Of a DNA stretch of 64,000 nt, positions 12,013 through 27,200 are shown piece after piece; the stretch's first letter is position 1, and each line of letters starts with the position of its first letter. A program made the translations under genes and the position numbers. The notes under the pieces are model-generated. The model searched no databases. It had not been told where the DNA came from and saw only the letters and a program-made list of their open reading frames with translations. The stretch comes from Takakia lepidozioides. Lineage: Eukaryota; Plantae; Bryophyta. The stretch spans positions 62,806,001 to 62,870,000 of the forward strand of contig CM060732.1 in NCBI GenBank assembly GCA_030704615.1, in the 5' to 3' direction.

Positions 12013-15000
12013 ATGGCTTCTGCTTTTCCCACGACACACACTCCCTCCTGCTTTGTCACTTGCCCCTGGGTCTTCACCCACAAGTCCTGCTCCCCGGAAG
12101 CTTCTGCAGACAGGTTACGTTTTGGGTCTCGGCGGGCTTTCAGTTCTGGCTCGCCTGCATCTACCCACCTACTGCGCCAAGCTGAGGAGGATTTTGCAAG
12201 AGGGAGAGGACAAAAGGCAGTGGTATTGCACGGGATTTTTAGGAGCAGACCTAGGCGATTACACAGGACGAACAACTCCATCAATTCTCAGATTCAGGAT
12301 GTGCAGCAGGTGAGGGGAGACGGGATAAGAGTAAATTTGTAGGTGGATTAGGCGGTTTGCGAGAGTCCGTCTGTCTCATGATCTGCCAGATGCAGTCTTA
12401 ACTGAGCCGCCGGAACTCGCATGGGATCTCATCGGCTTGGTGTAAGTGTCGAGAGAAAGTAAACGAGAATCGGGCGAACTGGCATTTATCAGAATCATTC
12501 TACTTCCTGCAAGCTTCTGGAAATCAACATTTAATAGCAGCAACTCAAAGATACTTGTAAGGTTTTCTTGCTATCCCGGAGTTTGTCAGTTTGGGGATTG
12601 AATGATCTCCCTGAGAGAGAGAGAGAAGAACACAGCACTCCAAGGTTTTTGGGTTACTTGTCACCCCACTCTCCCCCTAAAAAAGCATTTAGAAATGCTA
12701 ATGTGCAAAGAGAGGAGGACTATGTTCTGAACACTGTAGTTCTACACCTCTGCAATTCGATGTCTCAGTCTGTGTTCTGTGCAAAAATCTAGTGAGCTTC
12801 ATGGATGACCTGTCGAGATTTCGGGGAGGGAATCCTGGAATCGTGCAATTATCATCTACTTCTATGACGATAGTCAACTTGGAAACTGGTATTTTAATTT
12901 GATTTTGTTGTCGACTTCGTATTCCCAGATAGAAATGCTACCATTCAAAGGATTGCCTTACCGATTAAAGTGAAGAGCTAGATCATCATAGTGTTCAGAT
13001 CTTAAACAACTTACTGAGCTTGCTCAAGTAATACAGTTGAACTGGAGGCTTATGAAAATTTTATAAGAGTGCACACTTTTTTACTATAGCTTTATTCCCC
13101 TTATTTTTCGGCGCAGGTGGAGAGAAAGGAGGTGGTAGAGACTGTCCAAGAGACTGAGAACTCTTTTCTCAGTCAGGTGGTGATGGCCGACCCATCGTGT
13201 CCCCTCCCAGATTTTGCACCCAGTTCACATGCAGTTACATTGCTAAATCCATGGAAGTTGTTGCCACAATCGCCGCAGGCATCTGACAATGGAAGGCCCA
13301 TGCTGCTGTATGTGCCAGGCATGGACTGCACTGGCCAGGGCATTCGTTCACAATTGGCTGGTCTCTCAGCTGCTGGGTCTCTCCATCTCTCAACTCTCTC
13401 ATTTTCCTTGAGTGTGGCTAAGTCCCAAGGTTACCACTCAATGATTGTCTAGTCTCGTTATTGTGTTGAGAAATTTGTGGACACAATTGTCCGCAACAGA
13501 ATGGGTAACCGGAATGACTAATTAAGGTTTTCCTTAGGTCCCTATATCTTTAAGCCCTAGCCACTCTTTTCAGCACTTTGAAGTGCATAGAATGCTGCTT
13601 ATTATAGCTACCCCAAAAATAGAGGGCAATGTGAAGAGTTTACATGGGCTTGACTAGCTCTACTTCAAATCTGTAAATATTATTGCAAGCTAAGGCCTTC
13701 TACATGTGACCTTGCTTGATCCAGTGACACCTTGGGTGTTTGCTGTTAGGAGACCACCACACCCCCCCCAGTGGAGTGTGGGCTGAAATAAGTTCAAGCT
13801 AAGGGCTTTTACATGTGACCTTGCTTGAGTGCATGGCTCTGTTAGAGTTTGGCTTCCATAAGCCAAGAAAACGCCATGTGTTTTCCCAATAGTACGCAAA
13901 GCAAAGAAGTGGTCATATATATACTACCGCTTTTTTTGCTCTGGTCTGCCACTTTCTCATGTCTCGTCCAACTTTTACTTTTTTCCGAGAGCATTCTGGC
14001 AGATTTGGGTTGAGGCAGTTTGATGGTGCCTAAAGCAGGCTGTATGATGCCAGCAAAAACAGAAGTTTCCTTGACTCTGTATCTGTCTCTCTATTGCTCT
14101 GTCTAAAGCATCCTCGGGTCTATTGCCACAATGGTAAGCGAAGTCTAACAACCTGACGAGTACATCTTTCTCTGTCTGTCTGTCTGGCCCAACCTAGCAA
14201 GTAATCAAGCTTGAAATGTCAGGTTGCTTCTGTTCAGAGGCTGCAGCTTTCAGTGGTGGCCGCGAGCCACAGGTTGAGCAAATTTCCATTTGAAGCTGCT
14301 AAGAGAAGAAAAACTATTCTCTTAATCAATTCCGTTTCTCAGCTTCTGCCTCCTTTTGCCTGTCTGTCTTTCTCTCCTTGGGTTTCTCCTCCGTCCAAAC
14401 TTCAGTGAAAGCTAGCAAGGCTTTCAAGACTTGAAAATGTTTAGGTTGTTTTTCAATAGAAGGCTGCAGCTTACAATGGCCACCACGAGACACAGGTGAG
14501 TAAATTTTTCCTCATGATGGTGCTGATTTGGTCACATACAACGTTCCTTCATCCTTCCCCTTTATTGACAGTTCAGTCCAGAAAGTGTATGTACTGTCTA
14601 GTTTTCCACTCATATACAGTCCATTTTCTCCTGCTGTTTTCAGCGCTTTCCGGTGCAGGGGAAAACAGCTGACAGAACCAATTGCAGGACATGGTGCCTT
14701 ATCTTAATGAAATCATGCATGTGTTGAAGAAAGTTTTCTTTAATGAGGACAATGAATAAGTCACGCTTTTTCTTCAGCAACCCTGGTGGCCAGTTATGAC
14801 AATACAATTAGTCACAGTGTTCTGTATGGGATTACAGGTATGACATACGATGTGTCTATATACCAAGTGATGACAGATCATCATGGCAGCAGCTGGTGAG
14901 AGCAATCATTCCTCTATTGGAGAAAGAGGTCGACTCTGCAAGTGGAAGGTGCCATTTGACAGTGCTTGGGGAATCCTTCGGAGGGTGCCTGTCAATCCAC

Positions 15001-18000
15001 TTGGCACTTGTTGCCCCCCATCTTGTCTCACGCCTTGTTTTGGTAAGCAGTGAATACATGCTTTAAATGTTGGAATAGGTTATCCTTGAAATAATTCAGA
15101 CAACTATGTTGACTGAAGCTACTTCAGCTACTATCTGACAATGTCAGATTCAGTTATTGAAGGGTTGTGAATTAAATGTACTTTTTTCAGTTCCAACAAG
15201 TAATAGTGTTGACATTAATCAGGGTAATCATGGGCTATGAAGGGGGTTAGCACTTAAATCATTCTATGATGCCAGTCTAACACTCCCATCAGAACAAAAT
15301 TATAAGTGTTGAATTATGTTTCGAGTGTGTTAAATTGGGTGATATCCAATTGTGTAGATGTTAAATGGGAATGAACCTCCTAAGTTTTATATGATATTGC
15401 TTAGTCAAGGGTTTTTGTGGTGACAGAGGAGGGAGGCAGAAATGCATGCCATGTTGAGGTTGCATGGTCTTCTATTCTATGGAACATTACACACATTCAC
15501 TTTGACCATGGCATAATGTAGTAAAATTGCAGGATATTCGCGGCAAAATGAGTCCTAAATTGTGGATTCTTCAATAAATTTCTATCAACCATCCACAGCA
15601 TAGAGGCTCTTGGTGGTGGAGTGTTTGGTTGTTGGGGTCATGACTATTTGCTGTCCTGTATTAAAGGTTTTTTTCCTTTCAATTCATAAGTCTTAAACAG
15701 CTGCTTGATGGATGAGGGTTGGGCTTGTGGGATGTGTAGATCAACCCAGCCACCAACTTTGCGGAGAACAATTCCATTGCCAGCTTCTGTGCCCGCACAG
15801 GCCTTCTTGCATCCTTCCCTGAGCCTCTCTATGAGCTCTCTCAGGTTTGCATCTGCCTTTGGCCAATGCTAATGAAGGATTTATACTGCTTTTATCTTTG
15901 CTTGTTTTCTCATTTATTTAGTATCCACATACTACGGGGTTTGTCCCAGTGTATTTTGAGCTGTGAATCTGCGTTCTCATCGATCCTTAGGTGGTTGTCG
16001 GAGTTGTGCTTCTTGGACCTTGAGAGATGTGTTCTAGACTTTGCTTACTGTAGCCTTCTAGTCATACATCACAGGCAAGACTGGATGAGGGAGGGAGTGA
16101 GGGAGAGGAAGGAGGGAAATGGAGGAGGCTGGAATTGTGGCACTACTCTTGTGTAAGGCTTCCTCTAGTGTACAGCTCATCTCCAAAAGGAAGATGATTC
16201 TTGCCTGGGAACTTTCAGCCGAAAGCTCTTTACCATAAATGATTGTTGCACTCCAGAATGCAGACCCAGGACTTCTAACATTGTTTCAATGGACTCAAAT
16301 TGAGTGAAAGTAATAGTCTTTTGATGCTGGTGAACAGGGCCTATCATTCAGACAAATAGCCAGTGCATTGCATCAGAAAATGTATGTTATCCTCATCATC
16401 AGGCCCCCTAGTCAGCATGGGAAGACCCTTTAGATAGTCTTTTGAACGCCTCTTGTTCAACAAAAGATGGGAAGAAGGTCAGTGCATATTTGCTTGCCCC
16501 AACCTTTTTGTCATACACTCCGCACCTGGTTTCCACAGAAAAGAGACTGGTACAGAAACGTGAGGAAGTGTAATGGCACAACTAAGAGCCCCTGCCTCAG
16601 CAGCAGCCATTGCTGAACCTCTAAAGATATCACTCAAATTGCTAGTTCAAAATGCTCCTTACAGACATACACATTTTTCAAATAAATGCTGGCATTGAAT
16701 ACAGGACATTATGTTATCCTTGATGGTGAAGCGCAACCGGGTGTCAAGGGCAGGTAATGAGGATTTGCTGTCCCCTATTGATTATGTTCCGGCCACCTGT
16801 GCTGCATGGCGGTTCTCAATGCTCAATGACAACTCAGGACTCTCTGACAGCAATGTTCAATCCATCAATGTGCCCACTCTTTTGGTTTGTATTTGCTCCT
16901 CTCTTCCTTGCCACAATTTGTATGTGCTGAGTAGGACCATACTCATTAGACTTTGCCTGCCGAAGCCTTGTGGCCTGAAACCCCCAAATATTAAGTTCTG
17001 ATTTACTCAGTAACCTCCTGCCTAACAATGCCTAAGATGGAATGCCAGCTGTAGGTGTGTTTCTAGAGACTGGTGTCTCTGTTTCTTTGTTCTTGTCCGA
17101 TAAGCTCTCTTGGCTTTGTGACCATACTGAAGTTCCCTTGATTAATAGTTGTTTTGGGCCTGCTTATGGAGGCCCCCTCTCTAATGCTTTTTCGTCCCAT
17201 AAGCTCTTTGAGGTTTCTGTGGACATTACAAAGTATCATTTCATTTCATTTCTCTCTGTGGGATAGGCTTTGTGGTATTGGGGGTTGACTAACATCCATG
17301 CCCCTAGTTGATAGGTGGGACATATACATGTTTCTTGTACCATGAAGTAACTTGTGTGAGTGATATGAGTGTACAGCTAGCAGCAGCAAAGGACCGGGTG
17401 CTATCTTCAGTGGCAGAATGTGCACGCCTCCAACGTCTCCTTCCCAACTCTAAGCGTGTAGTGCTACCTGAGAGGTTCTCTCCCTTTTTCTATCTTCATC
17501 AACACTTTGGCAGAGGTCTTGAGCTTTGAGAACCTACTTCCTAGTAGGCTTCCTAGGGGCACTGTCTCAAGCAATGTTGGGAGTCTCTTGATGCAGTTTT
17601 CTTGTTGTTCTACTTGTTCCATGGGTCCATGGTTTCTTTTTAACGAAATTTAAGCACCATCAAAACTGTCTCTACCCAGAATTGTGCTTAGAGTTTCCAT
17701 GTCTAGCTCTGAAATGCTATGTATATCTCTCTTTGATCATCAACAGGTTGCCATGCATAGTGGTCCAGAAGAATCCTTATTTTCTTGGTTTTTTGTTGGT
17801 GTGAACCATCTGCAGTGGGCATACCATTCTCCTTGAAGATTCAATCGATTTGGCATCCATGTTACACAAATATGGGTTCAGCCCTCCTGCTGTGGTGTCC
17901 GGAGCATTGTCAAAGCTCTCACCATCCACAGACTTCTCAGCTGCGTCAGTCCCTCCTTCTCAAAATTCCAGCCCACAGTCTGCTCCGCTACTGAAAAAGA

Positions 18001-18264
18001 GAAAGCAGGCAGTCTCAGATGATGTCATGGATGAATTGGGTCGATTTCTTGAACCGTGGCGGGTGCGTAGAAGCTCTTTCTCATGCTCAGCAAAACGATT
18101 TCCTCCCTGCAGTTTGTAGGCCCTTACGTTTTCGATCTAACCCAAGCAAATCAGATGGGATGTGCTAGTACAAGCTCTCTCCGAATCACCTTGTTCTTTC
18201 TGGTTGCAGATATTGACATCTCCTCTTGTTAGTGGTGCAGACAACCTACCTGATCCAGGCGAAG

Positions 18265-18299
<35 letters not shown>

Positions 18300-21200
18300 C
18301 TGGGCGTTGAGTTCTCCTCCAATTGTAATTGGGATGCACATATCCGGAAAGTTGTTCAAACTGGCAAGGGCAAAGCTCTGGGGCTCACTAAATTTTTCCA
18401 CTGCAGAGGGGTCAACTCTGAGGTTAAGAAAACCATGCTTTGTCGCGTTATTAGACCTGCCTTGGAGTACGGATCTGCTATATGGGTTGATAACTCCAAC
18501 CAGGCTAAGTCTCTAGAATCCATTCAAGTGGGGGTGCTTAAGGAGTGTATGTCAGCATGCTCCAAAACAGCCAATGTGGCTGTTCGGGGTGAGTTTGGCA
18601 TTCCGTCCCTAAGCTCCCGACGAGATGAATTCAAGGTCAGATGGTGGGGTCAGCTGCAACATATGCCCAACACCAGATATCCTAAGTTAATCGACTCTAT
18701 ATCTTGGAAACAGGACCGCCCTGTCAAACAGGCTAAGTCCTGGCAGAAGAGAGTAGAAGAGATCTCAAGGACCTGGACCTGGATCCGCAAGTCTTGACCC
18801 TGCTGGATAAATCTGACTTAGAGGCTGTAGTGTCCTCAGCCATGTCTGTTGCCATGAGATTGTCTGATGAAAATGAAGTTAGGCAGAAAACTTCCCTGAA
18901 CTTGTTTCCAGTCTGTGACATAGGGGAGGACATCTTGGATGACCTCAAGGGTCTACCCACTCTCGGCACTAGACTGAAATTTAAACTCAGGGCAGGAAGC
19001 CTACCTTTGAACAGCAAACAGAAGCAGAGAGGAAAGGGAGAGTGCAATTGCCCGTTGTGTGGGCAATCTGAAGACAGTATTCATTTTCTGATGCACTGTC
19101 CGGGGTTCTCTCACCAAAGAGACGCTCTCTTCAAATCTATTAAGGGAATTGTGCCTGTACCCCTGTTTACCAACTTTGAAAGTCTCGAGGCTGAGCCAAA
19201 AGCCCAGGCCCTCCTGAGGCCTAGTTTTTGGGCAAATCACACACAGCAGATTGATGCTTGTGTGAAGGGATTTCTAGAGGATATCTGGAAAACCCGGATT
19301 AATTCTATATATGGAGGTAAGTCTTACTACCAACGTCAGCCCCTGACAGAGGTAGGTTCTGTCCCTTTTGTTCCCGCTCAAACTGGGCGCGGGGTCAATT
19401 GCCACAAGGCTACGGCAAACAACGTCTTATGAGTACAATCTCTCCATTATAAACTCTCCCTGTCCTCTAGGAAGCCTATTGACATTGGGTGGACTTGAAA
19501 CAGGAGTACATTAATGTCTCTGTGACTAAATGCCGGCCTTGTGACCTCGTGTCCTTGTTTGTTTCGACCTGAAGTGCTTTGCTTCAGGTAAGGTAGTGCA
19601 TTGGATTTAGCTGGAAAGCTTGGGGCCTTTCCCTCTTTAGAATATGCCTACACGGGCCATTCCCTGCAACTCCCTGGAGTGTGATCTCTGAATGGTAACA
19701 AGCGGACTCCTACCGCTTGGGGGCAGCCCCTCCGCCCAAATTGGGCAGTCGTATGCTCTGTCTAGCATACTCGGCACTTGGGCTCGGGTTGGTTCCTGTG
19801 CTTAAACTTATGGCCTGCGAAAACAATCAAAAATTTAGCTCCTATCAACATCAACACTCCTCAGGGTGATCCCTGGGAATTGGTTACTTATGCCAAATCT
19901 AGGGCTCATGTGTAGTTTTTGGGGTGAATCCCAGGATGGACGATGTGACCTTTAAAAACTACATGCTCTAGCTTAGGCTTGGATTTCATGGGCTAATGGT
20001 ACCATCTCGAGACTTGATAACAGGGGTACGTTGAAGGTTGCAATGACCAAAGTGCTTCTAATAGAGTCCCGCATCAATTCAATCTCAAAGAAGTTCGTCC
20101 CTTGACTGGCTGGAGAGCGGTCTTAGACATTGGTGATTCAATGGGGCGCTCTAGGAAGACAACCAAGGGCAACAACTTCAACTTGAGAGTTTCTAATCGG
20201 TTTGGTGCTCTGGATGAGGTTGAATCCAAACAGCCAGAAGGACAAGATGCCCCTAAGTGTACGGAACCTGAACATCCTGAATCTGAAGGATTTGGTACTT
20301 CTGAATGGCTACCAATCCTCAAGGTTTACACAAGACGAACAAATTCTATACACGGGTAATTGTCCCCAAGCCGTTCAGATGGACATCTGTCCCTAAGTGT
20401 GCAGAGCCCTGAACGTCGTGTAACTGAAGGATTTGGTACTCTAAATGTTTACCAATCCTCAAAGTCTACACAAGACGAGCAAAATCTATACACGGGGTAA
20501 TTGTCCCCAAGCAGTCTAACGGACAATCTGCCCCTATGTGTGCGGAGCCCGTGCGTCGTGTAACTGAAAGATTTGGTACCCTGAATGGTTTACCAATTCT
20601 CAAGTTTACACAAGACGAGCAAAATCTACACATGGGGTAACTGTCCCCCCAGAACGGTTGGCCATCCAGGAGCAATCACAAGCTACCTAGACGACAAACA
20701 AATTCACACACAAAGGGCTGGCTTGCGGCTGGCCACTTTCAACTTCTCAGGGTTGACCAACCAAAGGAAACAACTTGAAGTGGGACAAGTTCTTCGGATT
20801 AATGATATTCATATCTGTGCTGGGCAAAAAACATGGGAAACGTCGGATAAACTGGTTGGAGATGTCATTGGTTATAAATGGGCAGGTAAGATGTGTACTC
20901 TGCCAAACGCGGTCAAAAAGGGGTCGGATTCTTTGTCCGTGATTTCTTGTTTGACAATTGTGAAATTATCAACAAGGGTTTGAGGTACGAGCATAGTATC
21001 TGCTAAAACTGAATTTGAAGGGCGGCATGAGTACAAAGGACCTCTTTGTTGGTTGTGTTTACATGCCCACAGAGGGGACCCTTAGTGCTGACGCAGACAA
21101 GGCCTTCGAAGATGTAAAGCTGGACTGTGCTTCTTCCTTGCCAAAAGGGTACTTGTTTGGGGCAGGGTGGGCAAAGGGATCCATCATATCAGGACGATAT

Positions 21201-24200
21201 CATTGGACCTTTTGGTAGGACGAGCTGAATTCTAATGGCAGACGGTTAATTAACTGTCTAGAAGAGCTTCAGCTTTGACCTTGAATAACAGGACAAGAGG
21301 TGACCAAGTGCAGTGGACTCGTGAGAAACCCCAAACTGGGGAACGTTCCATTGTGGACTATATCATAATGGACAAAATTTTGTTCCCCCAGTGTGCCAAT
21401 GTGTTGATCGACGAACTGATATTGGTACCTCTGACCACTTCCTGGTTTGGACTGAGATCAAAAGGTGTTTTCCACCACCAAGAGATCTGTGAAACGTTCG
21501 ATTCGGAAGTGGCGCATAGAAAAATTCCACAATGAGGAGGTCAAGGCTGAGTACGTCCAGGCCTTGCAAGAGGCTCTCCCTCATTTTGTCCAATCGCTCC
21601 AAGAACTTCAGTCACGCTCTGTTAATGCAAGAAATGAGTCGAAAGAGCAGTGGACTCTTGGGAGGGTTTCGTTTCCTCCGTGGCTGACAAGATCATTGGG
21701 AGGAAACTAATTGTCTGCGGTAGAGCAGTTAATTGGTGGACTAATGAGATTAAACTCAAGATAGCTGAGAGACGAGCCCTCTATAAAGTGTGCTGCAATT
21801 TGGAAACCAACAGAGAATTGTGGGCGAGGTACTACCAGCTCCGTAAAGATATCAATCAGCTTGTTAGGTCTCAGAAGAAATTATACTGGGACAAGTTTAT
21901 ACAGTGAAATAAACTCAAACCACCATGTGGTAATGACAAGAAATTCTGGTTGGCCCTTCAACGTTTGTACAAACCGAAAAACGGTCAGCAAGTACAAGCG
22001 CTGAAGACTACTAAAGGTGCAGTGGTGACTTCATCGGTTGACATTGTCAAAACCTTTGAAACTCACTACAGTATCCTTGGCAGAACTTCTAGGTCTAACA
22101 GTGAGGGGTCTTCTGCTGAATGGAGGGACACAGTTGGAAAAACTGTTCCTATGATTCAAAACAGCCCTGATGACTGGAGTATATTTCAATGGCTTATAAT
22201 GCTCCCATTAGTTGAGATTGTGGAAGCAATTGAACATTTAAATGGATATAAAGCTGGTGGACCTGATGGTATTGTCAACGAGCTTATCAAGCACGGTGGC
22301 GATCCCATGATAGAGGCCCTAGTTCTCCTCTTTAACCTTATCTGGAAGACTGAAATGATCCCCTTTCGCTGGCGACAGGGGGTCATTGTCAATCTATACA
22401 AGAAGGGTGACAGAGAAGAACCGGGGAACTACCGTGGCATCACACTCCTCAATGCTGTTGGCAAGACATTCTGCAGAGTTATAAGTACTCGTCTCGAGGT
22501 TGATCTGGAGTCTAGAGGTTGTTTCCACGAAGGCCAAGCTGGCTTTGGCGAAACAGGGGCTGTGTGGATCATATCTTCACTCTAAGCCAGATTATCCAGG
22601 GAAAGAAAAAAGAAGGGAAACCCACTTATGTCTTTTTCCTGGATGTCAAAAAGGCTTATGACACAGTGTGGAGAGATGGCCTATGGTTCCGCCTCTGGTC
22701 TTGTGGGATCAAGGGAAAGATGTGGAGAGTTGTCCACAACTTGTATGCTCACACCAAAAGCTGTGTCACTGTTAACGGACAGAAGTCCAACTTCTTTGAC
22801 ATAGACCAAGGTGTAGCTCAAGGATGTACTCTCTCCCCTCTGCTCTTCAATTTTCATCAATCAACTCCTCGAGGATGTGGAAAGTGAGACATTTGGGTTA
22901 AGGTGGGTGATACCACCATACCAGCCCTTATGTTTGCGGATGACTTCGCAGGCATAGGGGAGACTCCAACCAATCTCCAGGAGTTGATTGATTGCGCGAA
23001 GAGATACTTTGATCTTTGGGGGCTGAGGCTAATGTCAGCAAATGTGCAGTGGTAGCATTCAACGACAGAGGAGAGGGAGGAAGTGATCTTAAGTGGCAGT
23101 GGAGTAGCCAAGAGATCCCGGTCCTCCCTTCCTACACTTACCTGGGCGTTGAGTTCTCCTCCAATTGTAAATTGGGATGCACATATCCGGAAAGTTGTTC
23201 AAACTGGCAAGGCAAAGCTCTGGGGCTCACTAAATTTTTCCACTGCAGAGGGGTCAACTCTGAGGTTAAGAAAACCATGCTTTGTCGCGTTATTAGACCT
23301 GCCTTGGAGTACGGATCTGCTATATGGGTTGATAACTCCAACCAGGCTAAGTCTCTAGAATCCATTCAAGTGGGGGTGCTTAAGGAGTGTATGTCAGCAT
23401 GCTCCAAAACAGCCAATGTGGCTGTTCGGGGTGAGTTTGGCATTCCGTCCTTAAGCTCCCGACGAGATGAATTCAAGGTCAGATGGTGGGGTCGCTGCAA
23501 CATATGCCCAACACCAGATATCCTAAGTTAATCGACTCTATATCTTGGAAACAGGACCGCCCTGTCAAACAGGCTAAGTCCTGGCAGAAGAGAGTAGAAG
23601 AGATCCTCAAGGACCTGGACCTGGATCCGCAAGTCTTGACCCTGCTGGATAAATCTGACTTAGAGGCTGTAGTGTCCTCAGCCATGTCTGTTGCCATGAG
23701 ATTGTCTGATGAAAATGAAGTTAGGCAGAAAACTTCCCTGAACTTGTTTCCAGTCTGTGACATGGGGGGGACACCTTGGATGACCTCAAGGGTCTACCCA
23801 CTCTCGGCACTAGACTGAAGTTTAAACTCAGGGCAGGAAGCCTACCTTTGAACAGCAAACAGAAGCAGAGAGGAAAGGGAGAGTGCAATTGCCCGTTGTG
23901 TGGGCAATCTGAAGACAGTATTCATTTTCTGATACACTGTCCGGGGTTCTCTCACCAAAGAGACGCTCTCTTCAAATCTATTAAGGGAATTGTGCCTGTA
24001 CCCCTGTTTACCAACTTTGAAAGTCTCGAGGCTGAGCCAAAAGCCCAGGCCCTCCTGAGGCCTAGTTTTTGGGCAATCACACACACAGCAGATTGATGCT
24101 TGTGTGAAGGGATTTCTAGAGGATATCTGGAAAAACCCGATTAATTCTTTATATGGAGGTAAGGTAGAAGCGTCAGCCCCTGACAGAGGTAGGTTCTGTC

Positions 24201-27200
24201 CCTTTTGTTCCCGCTCAAACTGGGCGCGGGGTCAATGGCCACAAGGCTACGGCAAACAACGTCTTATGAGTACAATCTCTCCATTATAAAGTTAAGTCTG
24301 TGGACGTTGTAAAGTGAATTTTGTTCTTTCCCGTTTGGTGTTCTCTTGCAGTCCTAATGTGTCCCATAGGAGGTGGATGTAATCTGTTTCTTTCTCTCTT
24401 CAGGTGCATGCGAGTAATTTTCTTTTGTTTTTTTGGGCAAGCCAACCTACTGAAGATAGCAGTGAAACCCAAAAGAGCTCCCGCTTTGGAATCAGGAGCC
24501 TTTTAGTAAACAATCTCTCATGGACAGTTATGAAGTTCCAGCTTCCCTGTCTTTGCAGCTAGAGGGCTATAACAGCAGTGCTGAATGAACCTCATGTAGT
24601 ATGATCCCAGCATGTAGATCAAACCATACTCAATCCACTGGATAGTCATCAGCTGTGCATGAGTCCAATAGCAAGGTGGATTGAGTCTTAAGTACTGTTG
24701 TGGGAACCCCAGCCTGGGTCCAGGAAGGTTGATATCCAGTGGGGGCCACTCTCTCACAAGCTGATGGTAGCAGGGAACAAAGGAATGAAAAATCTCCCAG
24801 GCATAGTTACCAATCAGAGAAACACCCGCAGTGCACCCTTATTGGGGAGAGTGGTGGAGGTTACAACTTTCCAAGACAAATGAAATGAAATGAAATGGTG
24901 CTTTATAACGTCCGACAAAGAAAGCCTTCCAAAGCAAAAAGCTGCAGAAGCAGTAGACCACCAGCACCTAGTCCGCAAAGCTCAAGAGTGAAAGAGGCCA
25001 CCGAAGAAAAATAGTGCACATCATTCTCCTGGAGCACACTTCATAAATGAACTCTCCCACTCTGTCTCTTTATGCTTTTCTTTTGCCGAGCAAAGGCAAA
25101 ATGCTGTGGAACAGATTCCATGAACAGAAACACCCATTTAAAGTGAGCAGCTACTGAAATGCAAGATGTCTGGCTAATTGCATTCCAAGAGTGAGCCATC
25201 CAGATATTATTCAAGAGGCTGGAGTCACATTACACTTGCCATCAGTTCATGGATGTGTGAGGGATTTGGATAACCGCTAGTGCAAGGAGTGCTTTATGCT
25301 TGGAAGCATCCATGGACAGATCAAAGATTTTGGCGCGATGAGGAAATTAAATCATGAGGAAGAACAAATGGGACCCAATGTGAGCCAGGGGACAAAGCAG
25401 TCTATTGTCAGTGGTTCTCTCCTCTTAAAAGGGACTGGCCAAATGCCACATTTCAGAGGCCTTGCAGATTCATGCTCACTCTCAGATCCCTTATGTTCCA
25501 CCCAAACTGGGCAGGTCTATGGCCACAGTTTCAGCAAACAACTTCTCAGGAGTACTATTCTCTTCAGAGGCCTCGAGCTATGAAGACCACAAGTGCTTAG
25601 CCGCCTATCTCCATGTTGCACTCAATCTGAGGGCCACTTAACAAGTCCATCAGGGTCTCAGTCTTACCTTAGTTTCAGAAATCTCAAATAGAATCGTCAT
25701 GTGGTCCTTAGGCTGTGCAGGCTGTCGTGTACACAGAATATACTTTTTCTGCTCTCTCTGTCATACATGTAATGAAGTTAATAAGTCAATCTGTTAACTC
25801 ACAAATATTGCTAAATGCACAAGGGAGTGATTTGTTCCTGTTTGCAATAAGTACTCTTTGTATCATAGTTATTGATGATGCACTGCTCCTTGGCATGCCT
25901 TACCATGAGCTGGTCCACCTTACAATTGTGGGTGTGGTGCAGCCCAAAAGGCCTTTGTTGTTTGTGGGGAACCACACCATGTTTGGCGTCTACGATTCTC
26001 CTATTCTTGTTCACGAGGTGCTCCACTTTTCCCTGTGGTTTGTGTTTCAACCATTATGCTGTAGTTGGCATTATTACAGCATCATCAAATTCTTTTACTA
26101 ATTATGGGCACAAATCAGAGTGAACACTATATGTTCTGGAGTTCTTATGGATATGGATCATAGTATCAGACAGATAACATGGCAGTTGTGCAACTCTCTG
26201 AGTCAAATGGGATTCAATTTACTTCAACTGTGAAGTTACGCATGAATGCAATAATTATTTCCTCTTTCTCTTTGTCTTTCTTCCTTTCTCTTGTTTTTGG
26301 GCTGCTTGTGGAGGGCCCTTCTCTCTTTCTTGTCCCATAAGCTCTTCCGCGGGCACTATAAAGTATCATTTCATTTCTGCCTTCCTTTGGAAATATCTGA
26401 AAGGAGCTTGTGGGGATTTTTGCAGCTGTTTTTTAGGGGCTTTCACTGTCGAGGGCTGGCTCACCCAGGGCATTGGACTACTGGCGTGGGACCCATATTT
26501 GAAAGGTACTTGTGCTTCTCATCTCTTCCCAGCTGATATAGGGCAGATCTGCTTCTGAGGTTCTTGAAAGCGCCAAGTGCAGGTCATTTCCACCACACGT
26601 GCACCATCTCCCCCACCGATCCAAGGGAAGGGGAGACCTCACATAGTGGAGACCCTGGGAACGATACTTTAGGAAAGGAGTCCTTAACTCACCACAACCG
26701 GATCAATGCCTAGAAGGCTCTCTCAAATTGCCGGAAACGGTTGAAATGAGGTCGGAGTAATTAACCAGGACCAATTGGGGGAACCTGATGGGGCCAGCGA
26801 CGACTTGAGAGCCCTGACTTCTACCTGAGGGTTATCAAGAAGTAGGATATACTATATTTTCTGACTACTCCACATCAAATACCCAGACTGCTCAAACCTG
26901 GCTCTCATCTTTAGACTGTGGTTGTGCAGGTATGGGAATGTGAAAGCGTCTAAGTTTGCTGCATACAAGCTACTAAAGGCATATGTCAAACCTCTTGAAC
27001 TAGCATCTCCTGCAATGCACTTTCTTTGTTGAGTTTCTCGGGACTTTTTTCTAGTTGGGTGGCTGGCATAAGGCACTTCACTGATAGATCTTCTTAGGCT
27101 TGGACAAGGGGAAGGATGACAAGATGGGAGGTGGCAGCAATAAACTGACTATTTGCTGCACGTATCACACCCTTGCTTGCAGGAAGGAGAGGATGTGCTA

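Noticed and set aside
18162-18797. Host exon-LINE fusion protein (211-aa ORF)
   Set aside because: The ORF reads through the exon 8 GT donor and (CT)n tract; normal splicing to 25943 keeps the host frame.
19454-19850. HDV-like or hammerhead ribozyme in the LINE 5' UTR
   Set aside because: Several hairpins, but no complete catalytic core could be assembled by eye.
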